DNA from: Bellilinea caldifistulae
Lineage (GTDB): Bacteria > Chloroflexota > Anaerolineae > Anaerolineales > Anaerolineaceae
DNA: 32,000 nucleotides
Direction of reading: 5' to 3'
NCBI RefSeq assembly: GCF_001306055.1
Contig: NZ_LGHJ01000012.1
Location: 90,001-122,000 of the forward strand
The notes below the pieces were generated by a model. It was not told the origin of the DNA. It saw nothing but the letters and a program-made list of their open reading frames with translations, and made no database searches. Each line of letters begins with the position of its first letter. Position 1 is the stretch's first letter. The translations under genes and the position numbers were made by a program. Positions 16,056-23,464 of this stretch are shown piece by piece.

Positions 16056-17030
16056 TTAATGATCAGCCAGCGCCGCATCCAGAAAACGGATTTTTTCAAT
16101 ATCGTGATGAGCGCCACCACCCTCATGATGATTATAGGTATAAATGCGCATCTCTTTGGGAGCCGTAATGCGGTTATAAGCCGCAAAAATTGTCGAGGGA
16201 GGACAAATCTCATCCATCAGCGCCACCGAAAACAAACAACGGGCTCGGATACGGGTTGCAAAAAAGACATTATCGAAATATGCCAGGGTTTTGAAAACCT
16301 GTTCGGTACGCTGACGATGCACCTGACAGAACTGAGCAATTTCCTGATACGGCCCGGAGGGGGTAATTTCTATCGCCCGCTGATAGTGGCACAGGTACGG
16401 CACATCCGGCATGCACACCCTCACCTCGGGCATCAAGCCGGCCACCGCCAGGCTGATACCACCCCCCTGACTACCTCCCGTCACTGCCACCCGTTTGGCA
16501 TCCACCAGCGGAAAACTGCGTCCAGCCTGTACCGCGCGGACGGCATCCACAAACACCCGCCGGTAATAATAGGTCTCGGGAGAAAGCACACCCAAAGTCA
16601 TAAACCCCGGCGAATGCGGGCTGCTACCTTCGGCTACATCCGGTGTATCTCCCTGCCGCCAGACACTGCCCTGTCCGCGCGTATCCATGACCAGATGAGC
16701 ATACCCCGCACTGGACCAGAGCAGCCATTCGGTAGGAAAACCGCGCCCGCCGCCGTAGCCCACATATTCGACCACCAGCGGCAATGGTTGGGCGGCGTTA
16801 GCCGGCAGCATCAGCCATCCCTTGATCGGTTGTCCGCCGTAACCGTTGAAAGTCACATCATAAGTTTTGACCGTGCGCAAGCCAAAATCAACCGCTTCAA
16901 AGCGGGCATCCAGCGCATACCGCTCAGCCTGTTCCAGAGTGGCCGCCCAAAACGCATCAAAATCCGGTGGCTCGCTCACAGCCGGCTGATAGCGGCGCAA
17001 TTCGTCCAAAGGCAGATCAAAAAAAGCCAT
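16056..17030 (-). CDS. CE7-family acetyl xylan esterase / cephalosporin-C deacetylase
   Basis: 324 aa. MAFFDLPLDELRRYQP...DFDAFW is the typical AXE1 N-terminus. The nucleophile motif is GGSQGGG, and the C-terminus has YNHHEGGG. Confidence 0.8.
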   Translation of the reverse strand: MAFFDLPLDELRRYQPAVSEPPDFDAFWAATLEQAERYALDARFEAVDFGLRTVKTYDVTFNGYGGQPIKGWLMLPANAAQPLPLVVEYVGYGGGRGFPTEWLLWSSAGYAHLVMDTRGQGSVWRQGDTPDVAEGSSPHSPGFMTLGVLSPETYYYRRVFVDAVRAVQAGRSFPLVDAKRVAVTGGSQGGGISLAVAGLMPEVRVCMPDVPYLCHYQRAIEITPSGPYQEIAQFCQVHRQRTEQVFKTLAYFDNVFFATRIRARCLFSVALMDEICPPSTIFAAYNRITAPKEMRIYTYNHHEGGGAHHDIEKIRFLDAALADH

Positions 17031-17061
17031 GTTTCACCATGTAAATGGTCAAAAACACGCC

Positions 17062-17691
17062 TTATTCGGCTTCGGATTGGATGTTTTCAAGGATGTGCTT
17101 GAATTCGGCGGCCTTGTCACCCTCGGCATGACACGAGATCACAACAATCGCCGTACAAACCACCGGCCCAGGATTGCGCCAGCGGTGAGGCAGGTGAGCC
17201 GCAAAAATCAGGCTGTCGCCTGCCTCCAGCTGATAGCGATCATTATCCACTTCGTACTCCAGATGCCCGCGCAGGCAGAATACAAACTCGGAACCGGTGT
17301 GGACGATGGGATGCGGGCCGCTGTTGGCGCCGTTTTCCAATGTGATCGTAAAGGCGTTCAATCGCCCGCTGAAGGATTCACTGCCCATACCCTCCCACAC
17401 CCCCCGTAAGAAGGGAATGCGGGTTCGCTCGTGGGCCTTGCTGAACACCACTTTTTTACGCTCGGCACCCTCGCGGAAAAAATCGGTGATCGGCACACCC
17501 AGTGCCGTAGCAATTTTGAACAGAGTACTCACCGATGGGGATGTCAAGCCACGCTCAATCATGCTCAACGCATTGGCCGAAAGGCCACTGTTACGCGCCA
17601 GCGTGCGCATGGAAATACCGCGTTCTTCCCGCAACGCCTTCAATCGCTGCCCCACATCCACCGAAATGGCTTCCTTACCGAATAAATCCAC
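17062..17691 (-). CDS. XRE-family HTH transcriptional regulator with a C-terminal cupin domain
   Basis: The HTH is VGQRLKALREERGISMRTLARNSGLSANALSMIERG. The cupin segment is H..SEFVFCLRGHLEYEVD...L.AGDSLIF....PHRWRN. I prefer GTG 17691 (AGGAGG SD 7 nt upstream) over the ORF-track ATG 17709, which contains that SD. It is probably co-transcribed with the esterase. Confidence 0.75.
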   Translation of the reverse strand: MDLFGKEAISVDVGQRLKALREERGISMRTLARNSGLSANALSMIERGLTSPSVSTLFKIATALGVPITDFFREGAERKKVVFSKAHERTRIPFLRGVWEGMGSESFSGRLNAFTITLENGANSGPHPIVHTGSEFVFCLRGHLEYEVDNDRYQLEAGDSLIFAAHLPHRWRNPGPVVCTAIVVISCHAEGDKAAEFKHILENIQSEAE

Positions 17692-17753
17692 TCGGGCACC
17701 TCCTGACAAAAGGTCAGCAACCTGCCACGCAGGTCACATGGCCTATTTTACCG

Positions 17754-19664
17754 TTAAAACAAGCCGATGACCCGGCCGGTTTCCAGATCCAGATCCACAT
17801 CATAAAAAGCAGGGCGGGTCGGAAGACCGGGCATGGTGCTCATCGTTCCCAATAAGGGGTAAAGGAAACCAGCCCCCACCGAAGCCCGTATATCCCGCAC
17901 CGGAATGCGGAAACCCTTGGGTACACCTTTCAGTTCCGCATTGTGGCTCAGGCTGAGGTGGGTTTTTGCCATGCAAATGGGCAGGCGGTCGAAACCCAGG
18001 CGGGTGTACTCGGCAATTCGCTGTTCGGCCAACGGCTCGTAATCCACACCGTCCGCTCCGTAAACTTCGCGGGCGATGATTTCAATTTTTTCCTTTATCG
18101 GTATATCCAACGGGTAAAGGAAACGGAACTGGGAAGGCTTTTCGGCAGCTTTGACAACTGCCCTGGCCAGTTCGACGGCGCCCTCACCGCCCAAAGCCCA
18201 GTGATTGCAAATCACCGCATCCTCCGCACCGCCTTCCTCCACCGCCACCTTGCGAATCAGGTCCAATTCTGCCTGGGTATCGGTGGCAAAAGCGTTGATG
18301 GCGACCACAACCGGCACACCAAATTTGCGCGCAATCCCAATGTGCGCCAGTAAATTACCCAAACCTGCCCGCAGCAATTCCAGGTTTTCATTGGTGTAGG
18401 CGTGGTCGAGCGGTTTACCCGCCACCACCTTTGGCCCGCCGCCGTGCATTTTGAGAGCGCGGACGGTTGCCACCATCACCACCACGTTGGGAATCAGGCC
18501 GGAGTAACGGCACTTTATATTGAAGAATTTTTCCATGCCCATATCCGAGCCAAAACCGGATTCGGTCACCACATAATCGGCCAGTTTTAAGCCGATCATA
18601 TCGGCAATGATAGAACTGTTACCGTGGGCGATATTGGCAAACGGCCCGGCATGGACGAACACCGGAGTACCTTCCAGTGTCTGCATCAAAGTCGGCTTGA
18701 TAGCATCTTTCATCAGGACGGTCATCGCCCCGGCCACCCCCAGGTCATCGGCGTTGATCGCCTCACCCTTGCGGTTGGTACCGATAACCATTTCCCCAAA
18801 GCGACGGCGCATGTCAGCCAGGGAGGTTGTCAGCGCCAGGACGGCCATAATCTCACTGGCAACGGTAATATCGAATCCGGTTTTGCGTTCCATGCCTTTC
18901 TCATTCGGCCCCTGCCCAATCGTAATTCCGCGCAAAAAGCGATCGCTGGTATCAATCACCCGCCGCCAGGTGATCGAATCGGGGTCAATGTCCAGCCGGA
19001 CGAAACGGCTGCGTTCTTCCGGCGTCATTTCATCCGGATCGGTTTTATCTATTCCCAATTTTTTCAGGCGGTTGAGCATGTTCACTGCAAAATGACGCTT
19101 GCCCTGTTTATCCTTGGGGAAAAGGCGCTCGAACAACTGCTCATCGGTGGCTTCGGATTCGTGCAGCATCCGTACATCAATCGCCGCCGCAAGCAGGTTG
19201 TTCGCCGCCGTGATGGCGTGAATATCGCCGGTAAGGTGCAGATTAAAATCCTCCATCGGCACCACCTGACTGTAACCGCCGCCGGCCGCTCCGCCTTTGA
19301 TGCCGAAGGTCGGCCCCTGACTGGGCTGGCGGATGCAGGTCATCACCGACTTGCCAAGGTGCGCCCCCAGCGCCTGACTCAGACCGATGGTGGTGGTCGT
19401 TTTTCCCTCTCCTAGGGGCGTTGGGGTGATGGCCGTCACATCAATGTACTTGCCGTTCGGTACATCCCGCAGCCGCTCTAAAACTTCCAGTTTGACCTTG
19501 GCTTTGTAAGGGCCGTACAGCTCAATCTCATCGGGCTGCAGGCCCAGTTCTTCGGCCAGTTCAGTAATCGGTTTCAGAAAGGCCTGCTGGGCAATTTCAA
19601 TATCCGCCGGTACAGGGGTCTGGCGTTCAAGTCGAGTGGGTTTGACAGCCTGCTTGACAGCCAT
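17754..19664 (-). CDS. fhs: Formate--tetrahydrofolate ligase (long form)
   Basis: 636 aa from ATG 19664 (GAGGAGG SD). Supporting segments are [45 protein letters not shown] and [14 protein letters not shown]. The ORF-track start at 19739 lies upstream of the promoter called below. Confidence 0.9.
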   Translation of the reverse strand: MAVKQAVKPTRLERQTPVPADIEIAQQAFLKPITELAEELGLQPDEIELYGPYKAKVKLEVLERLRDVPNGKYIDVTAITPTPLGEGKTTTTIGLSQALGAHLGKSVMTCIRQPSQGPTFGIKGGAAGGGYSQVVPMEDFNLHLTGDIHAITAANNLLAAAIDVRMLHESEATDEQLFERLFPKDKQGKRHFAVNMLNRLKKLGIDKTDPDEMTPEERSRFVRLDIDPDSITWRRVIDTSDRFLRGITIGQGPNEKGMERKTGFDITVASEIMAVLALTTSLADMRRRFGEMVIGTNRKGEAINADDLGVAGAMTVLMKDAIKPTLMQTLEGTPVFVHAGPFANIAHGNSSIIADMIGLKLADYVVTESGFGSDMGMEKFFNIKCRYSGLIPNVVVMVATVRALKMHGGGPKVVAGKPLDHAYTNENLELLRAGLGNLLAHIGIARKFGVPVVVAINAFATDTQAELDLIRKVAVEEGGAEDAVICNHWALGGEGAVELARAVVKAAEKPSQFRFLYPLDIPIKEKIEIIAREVYGADGVDYEPLAEQRIAEYTRLGFDRLPICMAKTHLSLSHNAELKGVPKGFRIPVRDIRASVGAGFLYPLLGTMSTMPGLPTRPAFYDVDLDLETGRVIGLF

Positions 19665-19710
19665 TCTTTTCCTCCTCAGGTGATCCAAGAAAATGGGGAC
19701 AATCCCCTTT

Positions 19711-19739
19711 ATTATGGACGAATTAAAGGGGAAACGCAA
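19711..19739 (-). promoter_or_regulatory. Sigma-70-type promoter of fhs
   Basis: The minus strand reads TTGCGT-(17 nt)-CATAAT, about 47 nt upstream of ATG 19664. Confidence 0.5.
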
Positions 19740-19774
19740 GCATTTTGGGCTGCTTTTCGGCTGAATTGTCAGAC

Positions 19775-19800
19775 AAAAGCAGGGTTCAGAGAACCCTGCC
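19775..19800 (-). terminator. Intrinsic terminator after the desaturase gene
   Basis: The minus strand reads GCAGGGTTC-TCT-GAACCCTGC followed by TTTTGTCTG. It lies about 45 nt after the stop at 19843. Confidence 0.75.
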
Positions 19801-19842
19801 GGATGGTAAGATTTTGCCTGATTTTCAGAAGGACGGAGAAAT

Positions 19843-20934
19843 CTACTGACTTTCCAGTTCGGCTTTCTCCAACGGCTTTTCGATTAACCCTTCGGTCAGG
19901 TTGCGTTCAACTTTCACGCGCGGAAAGCCAACCAGTTTCTTGCGCGGCTCATCCCACACCTTCAATCTTACGGTTTTGATACTATCCGGAATGGTAATGA
20001 CCCTCGCCCACTGCTGCATGATCGGTGAATTGCGCTGACATTCTGCCAGATAGTAATTGGGGATGCGCGGGCTTAAGTGATGGATGTGGTGATAACCGAT
20101 GCTGCCGGTGAACCATTCCAAAATTTTTGGCAGTTTGAAATACGAAGCCCCCAGCAGACCGGCTGCCACATAATTCCAGTTTTCCTGACGCTCCCAGTAA
20201 GTATCCTCAAACTGGTGCTGGACGTAGAACAGGAAAATTCCCATCGAACCGGCAAAGAAGATCAACGGCAGTTGAATCATCAAATAAGCCTGCCAGCCGA
20301 TGATCAGGCTGATGCCGACCGCAATCCCCAGCATAGCGAGATTGGTCAACCATACGCTGCGGGTCTGGCGCTTGCCGTAATTGGGCAAAGGCAGGCGGTG
20401 CATGATCACAAACATGAAAATCGGGCCTAGGATGAACATCACCAGTGGATTGCGAAAGAAGCGGTAACCCAATCGCTGCAACCAGTGCCGGTCGTAAAAT
20501 TCTTCTAACGTGAGCGTGGTTACATCCCCCACCCCGCGTTTATCGAGATTGCCGCTGGTAGCATGATGGATCGAATGGGAATGCCACCATTGTTCACCGG
20601 GGGTAAACACCAGCACCCCCAGCCAGAATCCTACCAATCGGTTCAGTCGGGTGGACGGGAAAAAGGAATTGTGTCCACAATCATGAAAGAAAATAAACAC
20701 CCGCACCAGAAACAAAGCCGCAATGAACGCCAGCGCCAGGGTCAGCAGGTAAGAAATTTGCAGCGAGTAGACCATCAAAACCCACAAACCCACATACGGC
20801 ACCAGCGTATTCACCAGCTGCCAGATACTGCGGCGGGTGTCCGCTTTCTGGTAGGGGGCAATTTCGCGGTTGATTTCACTCATGCTCGGCAAGGGTTTTC
20901 CATTAATAACCAATGGGGCTGTTGCTTTTGCCAT
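19843..20934 (-). CDS. Membrane fatty-acid desaturase (di-iron, three His boxes)
   Basis: His boxes are [15 protein letters not shown] and HHIHH, with multiple TM helices. I prefer ATG 20934 (MAKATAPL..., AGGAG SD 9 nt upstream) over 20976. Confidence 0.8.
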   Translation of the reverse strand: MAKATAPLVINGKPLPSMSEINREIAPYQKADTRRSIWQLVNTLVPYVGLWVLMVYSLQISYLLTLALAFIAALFLVRVFIFFHDCGHNSFFPSTRLNRLVGFWLGVLVFTPGEQWWHSHSIHHATSGNLDKRGVGDVTTLTLEEFYDRHWLQRLGYRFFRNPLVMFILGPIFMFVIMHRLPLPNYGKRQTRSVWLTNLAMLGIAVGISLIIGWQAYLMIQLPLIFFAGSMGIFLFYVQHQFEDTYWERQENWNYVAAGLLGASYFKLPKILEWFTGSIGYHHIHHLSPRIPNYYLAECQRNSPIMQQWARVITIPDSIKTVRLKVWDEPRKKLVGFPRVKVERNLTEGLIEKPLEKAELESQ

Positions 20935-21023
20935 TTTTTGATTCTCCTGGTGATGAAGTTTTCTCCGTGCGTTCATTCTAACCCGCCGTAATCAACGATA
21001 AAATAGATAAATAGGGTGTAATG

Positions 21024-21044
21024 GGTCATATTTTTGGTCATATT
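21024..21044. repeat. Direct repeat GGTCATATT-ttt-GGTCATATT in the divergent desaturase / secreted-protein intergenic region
   Basis: Two identical 9-mers with a 12-bp centre-to-centre spacing, about 90 nt upstream of the desaturase start. Confidence 0.6.
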
Positions 21045-21111
21045 CCCGCCCTTCACGCCATCCTTTCAATTACCCATCAGCCCGTCACAAATCGGTATAA
21101 TTAAAGGGACA

Positions 21112-22512
21112 ATGCCAATAATTCTCAAGCGCATCCTGAACCTGCTACTTGTTCTTCCAGTCATCCTGCTGAACGCTGCCCCCGCCGCGGCAAGCCATGT
21201 TGCCCAAGATGCTCCACCCGGTTTTTACCCGGTTGCCGAAGCGCCTGCCGTAACCCTCTTTCGCAAAGAATATCCCGGCGGCACACCGGATTATGTACTG
21301 GTCGTAAATCTCGCTCACCACGCCGCCCTGCAGGTATTGACCGGCGAGACTTCCGCCGCCAACGATCCCAACGCTGGCGCTTCTTTCGTCCCGCAACCCA
21401 TGGATACCTTTTGGGAACAATTTGCCAACAACAACAAGGACGCCTTTTGTGTAATTGGCGGGCCTTTCTTCCCTGATGCTCCATTCAACGACCGTTTGGG
21501 CCTGAAAGCCAACAGCGTCGTGCGCCGTGCCGACAATTCCGCCGGCGAGTCGCTTCCACCGCTGGTCATGCTGGAAGTGTGGGATGATTCTGCCCGTCTC
21601 AGTCCCTACACCGACACCGCCTTTCAGCAGTCACCTGCCCCGCTGGTCATCGTCGGCCTTAGCCCGCAAGCCGAACGACAGCCCCAGGCCTTCCTCAGCC
21701 GCAGTCTGGCAGGTGTACAAGACCGGGACGGGGATGGAGCCTTTGAAACGGTGTTGTTCTTTGCGTCCAAAACCACCCGTCAGTCGGATGCCGTCGAGGT
21801 TTTGCGATCTTTTGGCGCCCAGGAAATTTTCCTGCTGGCGGATGGGGAGGCGGCTCAAATCAATTGTCAGGGTGTTCCCTTTGTCTTTGCCGAGCGCCAG
21901 TTGCCGGTCGGATTAGGGATTTCAGCCGGATTCATCGCCGATTACGAATCGGTTCTCGTCCGGCACACCGAATGGCCGATTGCCACCCAAGGCGAATCGG
22001 TACAGGTGGAAATTGTGGTACGCAATAACGGCAGCCAGGTCTGGCAGCCGGGAGAAGTGTACCTTGCCAACCTGCGCAACGATTGGGGCATCGGCAATCG
22101 CCTTGAAATCGGTACACCGGTCGCCCCCGGTCAAACGGCCACGTTCTCCTTCACCAGCCAGCCCTTCAAGCGGCCGGGTGTGTACACCTCCCAGTGGGCA
22201 ATTCAACGTGGGGGGCAAAACATCAGCGCCCGGCCAATTTTGGTCAATGCCGTCGTTCTACCGCAGGAGCTGGCCGCCCGTAAGCAGGAATTGGAAGCTC
22301 AAATTCAGGAATGGGCACGCCAGAAATTGGAAAATATCGAAGAAATGATCTTGAACTGGATTGAAAGTCAGATCCGCCGTGGTTTTGACCGCATCTGTCC
22401 CTCTGCCGCCCTGCTACCGGGCTTTGCTCTGCTGGCGGGATGGGTCAACAGCCGTTTGAGTCGTTCACAAAAGGAAAACGGAGATGAAAAACTCACTATC
22501 CGGAGTCGTTGA
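21112..22512 (+). CDS. Secreted/anchored protein: signal peptide, phosphodiester-glycosidase (NAGPA/DUF2233)-like region, NBR1-like Ig domain, coiled coil, C-terminal TM
   Basis: The start is MPIILKRILNLLLVLPVILLNAAPAAAS (signal peptide). FCVIGGPFF ... ETVLFFASK...EVLRSFGAQEIFLLADGEAAQ resembles the NAGPA fold. SVQVEIVVRNNGSQVWQPGEVYLANL...PGQTATFSFTSQPFKRPGVYTSQWAI resembles NBR1-type Ig domains. A TATAAT box lies 10 nt before the ATG. The functional assignment is tentative. Confidence 0.5.
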   Translation: MPIILKRILNLLLVLPVILLNAAPAAASHVAQDAPPGFYPVAEAPAVTLFRKEYPGGTPDYVLVVNLAHHAALQVLTGETSAANDPNAGASFVPQPMDTFWEQFANNNKDAFCVIGGPFFPDAPFNDRLGLKANSVVRRADNSAGESLPPLVMLEVWDDSARLSPYTDTAFQQSPAPLVIVGLSPQAERQPQAFLSRSLAGVQDRDGDGAFETVLFFASKTTRQSDAVEVLRSFGAQEIFLLADGEAAQINCQGVPFVFAERQLPVGLGISAGFIADYESVLVRHTEWPIATQGESVQVEIVVRNNGSQVWQPGEVYLANLRNDWGIGNRLEIGTPVAPGQTATFSFTSQPFKRPGVYTSQWAIQRGGQNISARPILVNAVVLPQELAARKQELEAQIQEWARQKLENIEEMILNWIESQIRRGFDRICPSAALLPGFALLAGWVNSRLSRSQKENGDEKLTIRSR

Positions 22513-23053
22513 GGGGTTGTTTCTCGGCCTGCATGCTGACTCGCTGGTGACCACACCGGTCAGTGAAGTTCAGGTCACCTTTGAGGGATTTGTGGGGGAT
22601 AAACACGCCGGCTGGACGCGTCTTTCCGACAGTCGCACCCCGCATTACGAGCGTGGCACGCTAATTCGCAATGACCGCCAGGTTTCTCTGGTTTCCAGCG
22701 AAGAACTGTCGGAAATTGCCCAAAGGCTGAGCATTTTGACCGTACAGCCGGAATGGCTGGGAGCCAACCTTCTTCTCAGCGGCATTCCAAACCTGACCCG
22801 CCTGCCTCCGCCGGCGCGTCTGTTCTTTGAGCAGGGGGTGGTACTGGCCGTCAGCGCCGAAAACCTGCCCTGCACCGGCCCCGGCCGCGTGATTCAGCAG
22901 AACTACCCCGAACGAGAGGGCCTTGCCCCGCAATTTGTCAAAGCAGCCCGCGGTCTGCGCGGGTTAGTCGCCGTGGTTGAACACCCCGGCGTGATTACGC
23001 TGGGAGAAAAAGTACGTGCAGAAATCCCTTCCCAATATCAATACCGGCTTTAG
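22484..23053 (+). CDS. MOSC domain-containing protein
   Basis: 189 aa. GFVGDKHAG...RQVSLVSSEELSEIAQ...LGANLLLSGIPNLTRLPPPARL...AENLPCTGPG fits the MOSC pattern with its conserved Cys. It overlaps the upstream gene by 29 nt. Confidence 0.7.
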   Translation: MKNSLSGVVEGLFLGLHADSLVTTPVSEVQVTFEGFVGDKHAGWTRLSDSRTPHYERGTLIRNDRQVSLVSSEELSEIAQRLSILTVQPEWLGANLLLSGIPNLTRLPPPARLFFEQGVVLAVSAENLPCTGPGRVIQQNYPEREGLAPQFVKAARGLRGLVAVVEHPGVITLGEKVRAEIPSQYQYRL

Positions 23054-23071
23054 CCAGAGAGGAAACCTTCT

Positions 23072-23455
23072 GTGAACCCATCCCAAGTGCTGAACATCCT
23101 GCCCCAACGGCTGGTCGTCTGCCGGTTGGAGGCAGGTGAGCCCATCCCCGACTGGGCACAAAACGGCTCCTTCTTCTCCATCACCCGCACCGCAGAAGAA
23201 CTTTCCATCGTCTGTGAAGAGGGACTGAACCCGCCCGGCATCCTTTGCGAAAGCAGCTGGCGGGCGCTGATGCTGGAAGGCCCATTTGATTTTGACCAGA
23301 TTGGCATCTTGAAGTCCATGTTGGATGCGCTTGCTGAGGCGCGCATCAGCATCTTCGCCATTTCCACCTTTGATACGGATTACATTTTGGTGCGGGCAGC
23401 CGATTTAGAAAAAGCGGTTTCAGCCCTGCGCTTAGCCGGTCATCGCGTCTGTTAA
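23072..23455 (+). CDS. ACT domain-containing protein (ACT_7-like)
   Basis: 127 aa with a GTG start. FFSITRTAEELSIVCEE...WRALMLEGPFDFDQIGILKSMLDALAEARISIFAISTFDTDYILVRAADLEKAV is the typical small ACT-domain protein pattern. Confidence 0.65.
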   Translation: MNPSQVLNILPQRLVVCRLEAGEPIPDWAQNGSFFSITRTAEELSIVCEEGLNPPGILCESSWRALMLEGPFDFDQIGILKSMLDALAEARISIFAISTFDTDYILVRAADLEKAVSALRLAGHRVC

Positions 23456-23464
23456 TATACCTTT

